Of a DNA stretch of 64,000 nucleotides, positions 18,584 to 27,677 are shown piece by piece (the first letter of the stretch is position 1; each line of letters begins with the position of its first letter). The notes under the pieces were generated by a model. The model worked only from the letters and a program-made list of their open reading frames with translations, searched no databases and had not been told where the DNA came from. This DNA comes from Smithellaceae bacterium (GTDB lineage Bacteria; Desulfobacterota; Syntrophia; Syntrophales; Smithellaceae): contig JAUYFM010000068.1 in NCBI GenBank assembly GCA_030690945.1, forward strand, positions 70,751-134,750. Direction: 5' to 3'. Both the position numbers and the translations under genes were made by a program.

Positions 18584-18687
18584 TTAATCCCGCCGTTGCG
18601 GGCCGAGCGTTAGTTCTCCGCGAGCTTGCTCGCGATATAATGACGTTCATTTCATACCTCGACAGCGAGCTCGCGAGGTGGTTGATT
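18584..18687 (-). repeat. Dispersed ~103-bp three-hairpin intergenic repeat, copy A
   Basis: The reverse complement reads aatcaaccacctcgcgagctcgctgtcgaggtatgaaatgaacgtcattatatcgcgagcaagctcgcggagaa...cccgcaacggcgggattaa. Confidence 0.85.
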
Positions 18688-18707
18688 CGGGGGTGAATTT
18701 TTTCCTG

Positions 18708-19289
18708 ATGAAAGATCAGTCCCCCAAAGCGGGTATGATGCTTTATATAGCTCTTTTACATTATCCGGTTATCAATAAAGAAGGCAAAGTAGTCACCACA
18801 GCCATTGCCAATATGGATCTTCACGATATTGCCAGGACAGCAAGAACGTTCGGAGTGGCTAAGTTTTATGTAATTAATCCGATAGAGGCCCAGCGAAGGC
18901 TTGCCGGCCAAATCATCAGCCACTGGCGGGAAGGTCACGGCGCGGCTTATAATCCGTCCCGAAAAGACGCTTTTGAAAAAGTGGAAATTAAATCCAATCT
19001 GGATGAAGTTCTGGCGGATATTAAGAAAGCACATAATACTGAACCGCAAATCATTGTCACGGGAGCTAACTTTCAAGGCGAATTGTTAACATACGGCAAA
19101 ATGAGAGAAGCCATTAAAAGTAATCAGTTGCCTTATCTTTTAATTTTTGGTACAGGCTCAGGCATTGCAGAGGAAATAGTGAATCAGGCGGACTATCGCC
19201 TTGAGCCGATCAGAGGAAAAGATGGTTATAATCACTTGGCGGTGCGGTCAGCCGTTGCCGTCATTTTGGACAGAGTTGTAGAAATATAA
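18708..19289 (+). CDS. Conserved hypothetical, probable SPOUT-like (TM1570-type) protein between trmD and rplS
   Basis: Position conserved next to trmD. Sequence YIALLHYPVINKEGKVVTTAIANMDLHDIARTARTFG. Family assignment is from memory only. Start is either 18708 or 18735. Confidence 0.45.
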   Translation: MKDQSPKAGMMLYIALLHYPVINKEGKVVTTAIANMDLHDIARTARTFGVAKFYVINPIEAQRRLAGQIISHWREGHGAAYNPSRKDAFEKVEIKSNLDEVLADIKKAHNTEPQIIVTGANFQGELLTYGKMREAIKSNQLPYLLIFGTGSGIAEEIVNQADYRLEPIRGKDGYNHLAVRSAVAVILDRVVEI

Positions 19290-19327
19290 TAAAATAATAT
19301 TACGAGTATCGCGGGAGGAAATATAAA

Positions 19328-19675
19328 ATGAATGTTTTGGAAATGATTGAAAAAGAGCAAATGAGAGGGGATATTCCCGCCTTTAAAACGGGTGATACCG
19401 TTAAAGTATATGTGCGCATCATTGAAGGCCAGAAAGAGAGAATACAGGCCTTTGAAGGTGTTGTCATCCGCAAACGCCGCGGTAACAGCCGGGCAAATTT
19501 CACCGTAAGAAAAGTTTCCTATGGTATTGGTGTCGAAAGAACATTCCCCATGCATTCGCCGATTATTGATCGTGTTGAAGTCATGACCAGGGGTCTGGTG
19601 CGCCGTTCACGTCTTTATTATTTGAGAAGCCTCAGAGGCAAAAAAGCAAGGATCAAGGAAGCGACCAACCACTAG
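19328..19675 (+). CDS. rplS: 50S ribosomal protein L19
   Basis: [32 protein letters not shown]. Confidence 0.95.
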   Translation: MNVLEMIEKEQMRGDIPAFKTGDTVKVYVRIIEGQKERIQAFEGVVIRKRRGNSRANFTVRKVSYGIGVERTFPMHSPIIDRVEVMTRGLVRRSRLYYLRSLRGKKARIKEATNH

Positions 19676-19834
19676 TAGACGTTTTGTCTTTGCTATCAAC
19701 AGACGCCGTTTGCCATGAGGACGTTTTGGTTTGGGTATATTGTGCCCATTCGTTCGCCAAACGAACGAATGGAGCTCAGCTGGTGCTGTCACAGCGAGCT
19801 CCGTCAGGCAGAAGGGCTCCATCTTCTTTTTGCG

Positions 19835-20455
19835 ATGAATACATTCGAAAAGCTTGCTTATGGTGAAGGCTACCGATGCGTCGCGGGCGTTGACGAAGCA
19901 GGCCGGGGGCCGCTGGCCGGACCTGTTGTTGCCGCAGCAGTCATCTTTTCTCCCGCGTATCAAAATTCTGAAATTAACGATTCCAAGAAACTGACCGCCC
20001 GCAAAAGAAATGAGCTCTATAAGGTCATCTCCGAGGAAGCTATTGCCGTCGGTGTGGGCGTCGCTGAGGTTGCCGTCATTGACCGGATTAATATTCTCAG
20101 GGCGTCGCTTCAGGCGATGCGTGAAGCCGTTCTGGATCTTTCAACGGTTCCTGATTTTATCCTGATAGACGGTTTGCACACCCTTGCCGTCAACACGCCG
20201 CAAAAGGCATTAGTGAGAGGTGATGCGCTAAGCGTGTCCATCGCTGCCGCCTCTATCATAGCCAAGGTCTCGCGGGACAGGATTATGGAAATGTATCACC
20301 GCCAGTTCCCCCAATACAATTTTCTGCAAAACAAAGGATACGGCACTGCCGAGCATCGAAAAATTCTTCAAGAGATCGGCATGTGTAAAATCCATCGCCG
20401 GTCATTCCATTTAAAAAATAAAGATATTCATCAAACAGTTTTAGATTGGTCCTGA
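19835..20455 (+). CDS. rnhB: Ribonuclease HII
   Basis: VAGVDEAGRGPLAGPVVAAAV and DSKKL motifs. Start trimmed to the ATG at 19835. Confidence 0.9.
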   Translation: MNTFEKLAYGEGYRCVAGVDEAGRGPLAGPVVAAAVIFSPAYQNSEINDSKKLTARKRNELYKVISEEAIAVGVGVAEVAVIDRINILRASLQAMREAVLDLSTVPDFILIDGLHTLAVNTPQKALVRGDALSVSIAAASIIAKVSRDRIMEMYHRQFPQYNFLQNKGYGTAEHRKILQEIGMCKIHRRSFHLKNKDIHQTVLDWS

Positions 20456-20838
20456 TGATCAAAAAAAAAGACACGCGCAAAATAGCCACCGGGAAAGAGG
20501 GAGAAAAGATTGCCGCCGACTTTTTGAAAAAAAACGGCTATCGGATCGCTGAAGTCAATTATCGTTGCCCGATCGGCGAAATCGACATTGTGGCTCGAGA
20601 CAAAAACGAGCTGGTGTTTGTGGAAGTAAAAGCCAGAAAATCCAGTGCGATGGGTTATCCCGAGCAGGCAGTGGGTGTCAAAAAACAGAAAAAAATGTCG
20701 CAACTGGTCTTATGGTATCTTCAGGAAAAAAAGTTAAACGATGTCCATGCCCGTTTTGATGTCGTAGCCGTTCTGATGCTGCCTCAAGGAAATGACATTC
20801 GTCTGATCCAAAACGCTTTCGATTTTATTGCTTTGTGA
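20455..20838 (+). CDS. yraN: YraN-family (UPF0102) endonuclease-like protein
   Basis: GEKIAADFLKKNGYRI...GEIDIVARD...LVFVEVKAR. The ATG overlaps the rnhB stop. Confidence 0.8.
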   Translation: MIKKKDTRKIATGKEGEKIAADFLKKNGYRIAEVNYRCPIGEIDIVARDKNELVFVEVKARKSSAMGYPEQAVGVKKQKKMSQLVLWYLQEKKLNDVHARFDVVAVLMLPQGNDIRLIQNAFDFIAL

Positions 20839-20940
20839 ATCAACCACCTCGAAGCAAGCTGTCGAGGCATGAAATGAACGTCATTATATCGCGAGCAAGC
20901 TCGCGGAGAATTGACGCTCGTCCCGCACCAGCGGGATTAA
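20838..20940 (+). repeat. Dispersed ~103-bp three-hairpin intergenic repeat, copy B
   Basis: aatcaaccacctcgaagcaagctgtcgaggcatgaaatgaacgtcattatatcgcgagcaagctcgcggagaattgacgctcgtcccgcaccagcgggattaa. Confidence 0.85.
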
Positions 20941-22313
20941 AGACGGCTCAAGGCCGGCTTCCCTATAGGAAACACATTAAATCCGATCTCAAAACATTTC
21001 TGCTGATCAATAATATTACGTCCGTCAAAAATAAACGCGGGCTTGATCATCGATTTGTAGATCTTACGATAATCCAGCCTCCGGTATAAATCCCAGTCCG
21101 TCATAATCGCCAGCGCGTGACAGCCGGCGACTGCGCGGTAGGGATCTTCAACGTAACTGATTTGACCTCCATCCTGAGCCAGATCGATGGCGGCGTTCCC
21201 GAGCGCTTTGGGATCGGAGATGACCACTTCGGCATGTTCCGCCAAAAGTTTGCGGGTAATATGGATAGCCGGGCTTTCACGCGTGTCGCCCGTATCCGCC
21301 TTAAATGCAAAACCCAAGAGGCATATTTTTTTCCCGGCCAGGGTGTTAAACATCGATTGGAGAATATTGGCGATGAAGCGATCCTGCTGATATTCATTGA
21401 TTTTAACGACGTTTTCCCAATAGTCGGCAACTTCCGGCAGGCCGTAAAAATGACAAAGATAAACAAGATTTAGAATATCTTTCTTAAAGCAGGAACCGCC
21501 AAAGCCGATACCGGCCTTGAGAAATTTACTACCGATGCGGCTGTCCATACCTACGGCCCGTGCCACTTCGGATATGTCGGCATCCGCCTTTTCACAAAGC
21601 GCCGATATGGAGTTGATCGACGACACCCTTTGTGCCAGAAAAGCGTTGGCCACCAGTTTAGAGAGCTCAGCACTCCAAATATTGGCGGTGATTATTTTTT
21701 CGGGTGACACCCAACGCGCGTAAATATCTACTAATTGTGAGCGGGCTTTCAGGCCGCTTTTGGTTTCGCGTGATCCGATCAGCACCCGGTCAGGATTTTC
21801 CAAATCGTCGATGGCGGTTCCTTCCGCCATGAATTCCGGATTGGAGAGGACGTCAAAAGTAATATCTCCTTTCCCGGAAGCCAGGATTCGTTCCATGGCC
21901 AGCGCGGTTTTGATGGGTAGTGTGCTTTTTTCAATCACAATTTTTGAAGATTGAGAATTTTCCAGAATCTGCCGCGCCGTTTTTTCCCAGTATTGCAGGT
22001 CGGCAGCCATACCGGCGCCCGCACCGAAAGTTTTTGTCGGCGTATTGACACAGACGAAAATAATATCATTTTCTTTAATTTGATTTTCGATATCCGTGGA
22101 AAAAAATAAATTTTGGCCGCGTGTTTTTTGGACGATTTCATCGAGTCCCGGCTCATAGACGGGAAGTTGATCGGAGTTCCAGGCGTCGATACGCTGATGG
22201 TTGATATCGACTACAGTGACTTTATAGTCCGGGCATTTGCAGGCAATCATAACCATTGATGGGGCGCCGACGTAGCCTGCTCCGATACAAAGAATTTTCT
22301 TTTTAAATTTCAT
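20937..22313 (-). CDS. ugd: UDP-glucose 6-dehydrogenase
   Basis: N-terminal GAGYVG Rossmann fold, catalytic Cys context GFGGSCFKKD. 458 aa. Confidence 0.9.
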   Translation of the reverse strand: MKFKKKILCIGAGYVGAPSMVMIACKCPDYKVTVVDINHQRIDAWNSDQLPVYEPGLDEIVQKTRGQNLFFSTDIENQIKENDIIFVCVNTPTKTFGAGAGMAADLQYWEKTARQILENSQSSKIVIEKSTLPIKTALAMERILASGKGDITFDVLSNPEFMAEGTAIDDLENPDRVLIGSRETKSGLKARSQLVDIYARWVSPEKIITANIWSAELSKLVANAFLAQRVSSINSISALCEKADADISEVARAVGMDSRIGSKFLKAGIGFGGSCFKKDILNLVYLCHFYGLPEVADYWENVVKINEYQQDRFIANILQSMFNTLAGKKICLLGFAFKADTGDTRESPAIHITRKLLAEHAEVVISDPKALGNAAIDLAQDGGQISYVEDPYRAVAGCHALAIMTDWDLYRRLDYRKIYKSMIKPAFIFDGRNIIDQQKCFEIGFNVFPIGKPALSRL

Positions 22314-22336
22314 TTTTTCTGAATTTTCCCCCGTTT

Positions 22337-23278
22337 TTAGGACATTTTTAAAGTATCGCGAAAATACTGAATGGTCGTAACCAAACCTTGCGTGAGCGCT
22401 ATCTTCGGTTGCCAGTCCAATTTGTTTTCCGCGAGCGTTATGTCCGGCTTGCGCTGTGTTGGATCATCCGCAGGGAGCGGCTGAAAATCAATTTTAGAGC
22501 TGCTGTCCGTTAAATCAATGATCATCCGGGCTAATTGTAAGATGGTGAATTCACCGGGATTGCCGATATTAACCGGTCCAAAAAAATCATCGGCGGAATT
22601 CATCATTTTGATTAACCCGTCAATTAAATCGTCGCAATAACAGAATGAACGGGTATGATTTCCATCTCCATAAACCGTAATGTTTTTTCCCTGCAGGGCC
22701 TGAATAATAAAATTACTGACGACGCGTCCGTCATTGACGGCCATGCGCGGCCCGTAGGTATTGAAGATGCGGACGATTTTGGCGTTGACGGCATTTTGCC
22801 GGCGGTAATCCATCATCAGGCATTCAGCGGCTCTCTTGCCTTCATCGTAACAACTTCGGATACCGATGGGGTTGACGCGTCCCCAATAAGATTCTTTCTG
22901 CGGGTGTACGTCCGGATCGCCATACACTTCCGAAGTGGATGCCTGAAGAATTTTCGCTTTGGTTCTTTTGGCAATTCCCAGAACGTTGATTGCGCCCATG
23001 ACATTGGTCTTAATGGTTTTGATGGGATTGAACTGATAATGCACAGGCGAGGCCGGGCAGGCCAGATTGTAGATTTCGTCCACTTCCAGATAGATGGGAT
23101 TGATGATGTCGTGACGAATCAATTCAAAGTGTGGATGACCGAGAAGATGGGCGATATTATTTTTGTTGCCGGTAAAAAAGTTGTCCAGACAGAGAATATC
23201 GTTTCCTTCTTTTAAAAGTCGGTCACAAAGATGGGAGCCTAAAAATCCCGCGCCGCCGGTAATTAATATTCGTTTCAT
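22337..23278 (-). CDS. uxs: UDP-glucuronate decarboxylase (UDP-xylose synthase)
   Basis: [20 protein letters not shown] catalytic motif, SDR-e family. Immediately downstream of ugd in an operon-like arrangement. Confidence 0.85.
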   Translation of the reverse strand: MKRILITGGAGFLGSHLCDRLLKEGNDILCLDNFFTGNKNNIAHLLGHPHFELIRHDIINPIYLEVDEIYNLACPASPVHYQFNPIKTIKTNVMGAINVLGIAKRTKAKILQASTSEVYGDPDVHPQKESYWGRVNPIGIRSCYDEGKRAAECLMMDYRRQNAVNAKIVRIFNTYGPRMAVNDGRVVSNFIIQALQGKNITVYGDGNHTRSFCYCDDLIDGLIKMMNSADDFFGPVNIGNPGEFTILQLARMIIDLTDSSSKIDFQPLPADDPTQRKPDITLAENKLDWQPKIALTQGLVTTIQYFRDTLKMS

Positions 23279-23381
23279 AATCTCCAACTGTCGTTCATGG
23301 TAGTATTTTATTTTTTTCTTTGCTATTAAAGCCGAAACAAGACATAGATGTCAACAATAAAAAGCGTTTAATGAAGATTGT

Positions 23382-24251
23382 ATGAATAAAAGCGCGGGTG
23401 AAAAGCAAGGGAATCTCTACATGGTTGCCACGCCGATAGGCAATCTGGAGGACATTACACTCCGGGCGCTTCGGGTGCTAAAAGAAGTGGACCTGATCGC
23501 TGCGGAAGACACGCGCCATTCCAGAATCCTGCTGAATGCCTACAATATAAAAACACCTCTGATCAGTCTGCACGAGCACAATGAGAAGGAACGAAGCGAG
23601 CTTATTGTTTCCAGAATCAAAAACGGAATAAGTATCGCTTATATCTCCGATGCCGGCACGCCCTGTATTTCAGATCCCGGTTATCACCTGGTCCATATTG
23701 CGCTGGAAAACCAAATCAGCGTGATTCCCGTTCCCGGACCTTCCGCTTTAATTACAGCTTTGTCTGTCTGTGGTTTTCCCGCCGACCATTTCTTGTTTTG
23801 CGGCTTTTTGCCGCCCAAAGAAAACAAGCGTCGCCGGTTTTTGGAGTCCATTAAGGATGAAGAAAAAACCATTATATTTTATGAGTCGCCGGCAAGAATC
23901 ATCGATGCGTTGAAAGATGTTTACGATGTGTTGGGCGACAGGCAGATCGTTGTGGCACGGGAACTGACCAAGGTATTTGAAGAGATCAAACGAGGATGGA
24001 TCTCAGACATTGTAACAGAGAGATCCGTCAGTAAAGCAAAAGGGGAATTTACAGTCATCCTGCAGGGAGCTTTCCATGGCCCTGTTTCGCTTACGGACGA
24101 TGAAATTCAGGAAAAGCTTCTGCAACTTTGGGCGGAAAGAACGATATCGTTGCGCGATGCTGTCGCGGAGATTGTGCGGCGAACCGGATTATCCAGGAAA
24201 AAAGTTTATGATATGGCCGTTAAAATCCGTCAGGCGCCTGATCGAAATTGA
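23382..24251 (+). CDS. rsmI: 16S rRNA (cytidine1402-2'-O)-methyltransferase
   Basis: LYMVATPIGNLEDITLRAL..., AAEDTR, SDAGTPCISDPG. Confidence 0.9.
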   Translation: MNKSAGEKQGNLYMVATPIGNLEDITLRALRVLKEVDLIAAEDTRHSRILLNAYNIKTPLISLHEHNEKERSELIVSRIKNGISIAYISDAGTPCISDPGYHLVHIALENQISVIPVPGPSALITALSVCGFPADHFLFCGFLPPKENKRRRFLESIKDEEKTIIFYESPARIIDALKDVYDVLGDRQIVVARELTKVFEEIKRGWISDIVTERSVSKAKGEFTVILQGAFHGPVSLTDDEIQEKLLQLWAERTISLRDAVAEIVRRTGLSRKKVYDMAVKIRQAPDRN

Positions 24252-24373
24252 AACCCGGAAAAAAGCATATATTGCTTGAAGAGTTTTTTGCACTATGGTA
24301 ACTCACTCGTGAAATCAATAGAAATCTAATCATTTTATTATTATGGCGCATTAGGAAGAGGGAATGAAAGATA

Positions 24374-24733
24374 ATGGAAGCTTTCGGGACGGTTCAAGAT
24401 AAAAAAATGCACGAACTGACCGAAATATATGACGAACGAAGCGGACAGGGTCGCAGTGCGACTGACGGGAAAAATCCGCAGCAAATTGTCGTAATTGACG
24501 GACGGGGCTACGAACGCGTCACATCGAATGGCGATAAAATTCATGATCTGACGGAGGTCGTTGAACATAATCATTTGGCTCCTCAAATCAACGACGCGGT
24601 CATGAAGCGGACGGTGGAAATTATTGAAAGAATCGCGCGGGACATTATTCCTGATATTGCCGAGCGCGTGATCAGAGAAGAAATTGCAAAAATAAAGATT
24701 ATGCACAAAGACCGTTTGTCGGATCAGGATTAG
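24374..24733 (+). CDS. Hypothetical protein
   Basis: 119-aa ORF, 4 nt from the next gene. Helical C-terminus IERIARDIIPDIAERVIREEIAKIK. No family recognised. Confidence 0.4.
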   Translation: MEAFGTVQDKKMHELTEIYDERSGQGRSATDGKNPQQIVVIDGRGYERVTSNGDKIHDLTEVVEHNHLAPQINDAVMKRTVEIIERIARDIIPDIAERVIREEIAKIKIMHKDRLSDQD

Positions 24734-24736
24734 GTA

Positions 24737-25420
24737 ATGAGAAAAAACCTGTTGCTGATATTTCTATTGCTGATAGGTCTTTTCCATCATTCTGCCTATG
24801 CTGTTCAGGCGACGACGGATTTAACTCTTCAGGTTGAAGGGCGAGCTCCCGTCGTTAAAAATGATGAAGCCCGCGCCCGTGAAGAGGCTATAAAAAACGC
24901 ATTGGAAAAAGCGATCACGCAGGCAGCGGCCAAAATCTTATCGGATAAATTTGAAGACGAAAAATTCCAGGCTGTGAAAAACATCATGATCGACAAGGCG
25001 GATCGCTATATTAAGAACTATCGAATAATATCAGAAAACAGACAGCACGATGAATATACCGCTAATGTGCATGTTGCAGTAGCTTTAGCGCTTGTCAGGG
25101 ATGATCTTTTGCAGATGGGCGTTATTCAGGGGCAAAAGGGAAAAGAAGGTGTCTCGGTTTCTTTATCATTAAAAGGGATGAAGAAATATTCAGATTTTGC
25201 CGATTTAAGGACTTTTTTACAAAGCAGACCCAAAATAGTCCAAAGTGTCTATCCTTGTCGCTTGGAATGGCAGCAGGCTCACTTTGTTCTTGCCCTTACT
25301 GGAGAAGTTCAAAATTTAGTGACTGAGTTCGAAAAATCAGGAAAATATTCACTGGAAGTCCTTAAGAGGAATCAGAATGTTGTTGAGATCAATTTGCAGG
25401 TTAAAGAGGAGACACAATGA
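24737..25420 (+). CDS. Secreted protein with LPP20/FlgT_N-like N-terminal region
   Basis: Signal peptide ...HHSAYA|VQ. EGRAPVVKNDEARAREEAIKNALEKAITQAAAKIL resembles the LPP20-type motif (recollection). Confidence 0.4.
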   Translation: MRKNLLLIFLLLIGLFHHSAYAVQATTDLTLQVEGRAPVVKNDEARAREEAIKNALEKAITQAAAKILSDKFEDEKFQAVKNIMIDKADRYIKNYRIISENRQHDEYTANVHVAVALALVRDDLLQMGVIQGQKGKEGVSVSLSLKGMKKYSDFADLRTFLQSRPKIVQSVYPCRLEWQQAHFVLALTGEVQNLVTEFEKSGKYSLEVLKRNQNVVEINLQVKEETQ

Positions 25421-26016
25421 GAGCCCGTAATATTTTATTTGTCGTGTTGATAATTTTTTGCTTAGGTCTGCCCGCCTGTTCATCCCGTGCGCCGGTTGTC
25501 TTAAAAAGCGATCAAAACCCGGGCGCCGTGAGTGTTATTGCTCTGCTGCCTGTGGAGAGTAATATGGCAGACTCGAAAGCTTCGAAAATGATGCGGTCAA
25601 AATTGGGCGACGAACTTCGCTTTAAAGGTTATCTTCAAATAGCTCCTGATCTGATTGACAGTAAACTGAGGCCTTTGACCGGCGGTGCGGAAGTGAAAAA
25701 AAATGATGTTGTCCCACCGAAGATGATAGAAGAATTGCTGGGTGCGGATGGTGTCATGTCCTGCTCGCTCATGGAAAGTAAAACATCAACAGGTATATTT
25801 TATGCGCCGGTTACTGTATCTGTCCGATGCGCATTACGCAGCACGAAGACAGGCGAAACGATTTGGAACGCTCAATATAAATCGACAAACAGAAGTTTTG
25901 ATTTGATTCGGACAAGACTAAAAATGAAATCCCGCGGGGATTTGGAAACGGCATTGGAGGAAGCTGTCGGTAAAGTCATGGAGACGCTGCCGTACGGACC
26001 GAAATTAAGGGGATAG
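25417..26016 (+). CDS. DUF799/GNA1162-like lipoprotein
   Basis: Lipobox LGLPAC|S. VIALLPVESN...PPKMIEELLGADGVMSCSL parallels the GNA1162-family layout (recollection). Confidence 0.55.
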   Translation: MRARNILFVVLIIFCLGLPACSSRAPVVLKSDQNPGAVSVIALLPVESNMADSKASKMMRSKLGDELRFKGYLQIAPDLIDSKLRPLTGGAEVKKNDVVPPKMIEELLGADGVMSCSLMESKTSTGIFYAPVTVSVRCALRSTKTGETIWNAQYKSTNRSFDLIRTRLKMKSRGDLETALEEAVGKVMETLPYGPKLRG

Positions 26017-26080
26017 TCTTTTGTTCTCCGATGAAACTTTTAAGGAATTCTTCATGAAGGCGATAAATAAGGAGAATGCC

Positions 26081-26845
26081 ATGAAAAAATGGATGTCAAT
26101 CGTTTCTTCAATAGTCCTTCTATTGATTTGTTTCACCTCCGCGCAAGCCAAACCGCCGGTCACCGTTAAAATGACGAAAGGTGAAGCGAAAATAACCATG
26201 TTGGAAGGAAAAGTCGACGTCATTTGCGCGGGGCAGAAAGAAGCCCGTTATCTCAAAAAACATGATCTTATTAGAGCCGGCTGTGAGGTGTCAACAGGTG
26301 CCGGCAGCCGGGTGGAAATGGTTCTTCCTGAGAAGAGCATTATTCGTTTTGCCGAAAAAACAACATTTAAACTTGTCCAGGCTGACACGGGTGAAGACGG
26401 GAAGAGGGTCGTTGAAGTTTCCGTGACCGTTGGCAAACTATGGACGAATGTGCGTAAATCTCTTCCTGGCAGGGATGATAAATATGAAATTTCCTGCCAA
26501 AATGCCGTTGCCGGGGTTCGCGGCACTGTTTACCGGATGGATGTTGAAGGTGACCAGTCAGCATTGGTGAAAGTTTATGATGGTGAGGTTCTTGTCGCCG
26601 GTGTTCCCAAGCAGCAGCCGGCAGTTTCTGCCATCGGACCGCCCAGGCCTGTTTCCGGACCAGCTGTGATTGAGGGTCCCAAGCCCGTATCCATGGAAGA
26701 ATGGGTGTATATTATTAAATCCATGCAGCAGATTTCCATTACTTCTGATGGCCAGGCCCAGGAACCGAAAGAATTCTTGGAATCTGAGGATATGGACGAT
26801 TGGGTGAAGTGGAATAAGAAAAGAGATAAAAGATCCAGTAAATAA
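26081..26845 (+). CDS. FecR-domain secreted protein
   Basis: Signal peptide MKKWMSIVSSIVLLLICFTSAQA. FecR-like beta region (GSRVEMVLPEKSIIRFAEKTTFKL...AGVRGTVYRMDV...VKVYDGEVLV). Confidence 0.55.
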   Translation: MKKWMSIVSSIVLLLICFTSAQAKPPVTVKMTKGEAKITMLEGKVDVICAGQKEARYLKKHDLIRAGCEVSTGAGSRVEMVLPEKSIIRFAEKTTFKLVQADTGEDGKRVVEVSVTVGKLWTNVRKSLPGRDDKYEISCQNAVAGVRGTVYRMDVEGDQSALVKVYDGEVLVAGVPKQQPAVSAIGPPRPVSGPAVIEGPKPVSMEEWVYIIKSMQQISITSDGQAQEPKEFLESEDMDDWVKWNKKRDKRSSK

Positions 26846-26866
26846 ACTAAGGCGCCAAGCTCATAG

Positions 26867-27424
26867 ATGAATATCCCAAATTTTTTATCATTACTTCGGA
26901 TAATCCTTGTACCTGTATTTGTCATTTTTCTAATTCAGGCTGAATATGACAAGGCATTGATCACTTTTATGGTGGCCGGCCTGACCGATGCCTTGGATGG
27001 GGCGCTGGCGCGCCTGTTGAAGTGCCAGACAATTCTGGGCGCTTATCTCGATCCTATTGCGGACAAATTGCTGCTGGTTACCAGTTTTGTTACGCTGTCG
27101 ATTTTTGGTCTTATTCCCGGCTGGCTGGCTGTTATTGTCATCAGCCGTGACTTTATTATTTTACTGGGTATCGCGATTCTGACATTAATGTCGGTGGCTT
27201 ACGAGATAAAACCGGCTGTTGTCGGGAAAGTGACCACGGCGTTGCAAATCGCCACGATTTTTTTCGCTTTGCTTTACAAAGCGGTTACGCATGATTTCGG
27301 TTATTATTGGATAATAGGTCTTTGCTGGACAACGGCTTTATTCACTATTATTTCCGGGTTGGTTTACATTATTCGAGGGATCCGGATACTGAATAAATCC
27401 GTACCCGAAGAGGCTAAAAAATAA
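26867..27424 (+). CDS. pgsA: CDP-alcohol phosphatidyltransferase (PgsA-like)
   Basis: Motif DALDGALAR...G...DPIADK. Polytopic membrane protein of 185 aa. Confidence 0.8.
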   Translation: MNIPNFLSLLRIILVPVFVIFLIQAEYDKALITFMVAGLTDALDGALARLLKCQTILGAYLDPIADKLLLVTSFVTLSIFGLIPGWLAVIVISRDFIILLGIAILTLMSVAYEIKPAVVGKVTTALQIATIFFALLYKAVTHDFGYYWIIGLCWTTALFTIISGLVYIIRGIRILNKSVPEEAKK

Positions 27425-27485
27425 GATATTTGCTTGACACAGCAGCGTTTTACTGCTAGTTGACCAAACGCTAAAAGATGAATAT

Positions 27486-27560
27486 AGGCAAGTAGCTCAG
27501 GGGGAGAGCGCCATCCTGACGCGGTGGATGTCCAGGGTTCAAATCCCTGCTTGCCTACCA
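27486..27560 (+). tRNA. tRNA-Val (anticodon GAC)
   Basis: Hand-folded cloverleaf: acceptor AGGCAAG/CTTGCCT, D arm GCTC-AGGGGGA-GAGC, anticodon arm CCATC-CTGACGC-GGTGG, T arm CAGGG-TTCAAAT-CCCTG, encoded CCA. Confidence 0.9.
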
Positions 27561-27605
27561 TTTTTTATGTATGAACGCGTATATACCGTAAATGCCGATA
27601 AAGAA

Positions 27606-27637
27606 AAGGGCATCAGCAAAATGGTGATGCCCTTTTA
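27606..27637 (+). terminator. Rho-independent terminator after tRNA-Val
   Basis: gggcatc ... gatgccc stem followed by tttt. Confidence 0.55.
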
Positions 27638-27677
27638 AAATGAAATAGAATAATAAATAGTGAGCTTACCAAGTAAC

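Noticed and set aside
19745-19802. Two adjacent perfect hairpins after rplS (cattcgttcg-ccaaa-cgaacgaatg and ggagctc...gagctcc)
   Set aside because: This is a single occurrence with no repeat partners in the window. It is most simply an rplS terminator/attenuator region, and is not reported as a separate system.
20835-21089. 84-aa ORF after yraN
   Set aside because: It is a translation of repeat copy B followed by the antisense of the ugd 3' end. Other repeat copies carry frame-breaking indels, so the repeat is non-coding.
27561-27677. T-box or other leader upstream of thrS (the argS 12619-12809 and pheS leaders were also checked)
   Set aside because: No specifier-loop/T-box sequence or long antiterminator structure was recognised. 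The thrS spacer contains only the tRNA-Val terminator.
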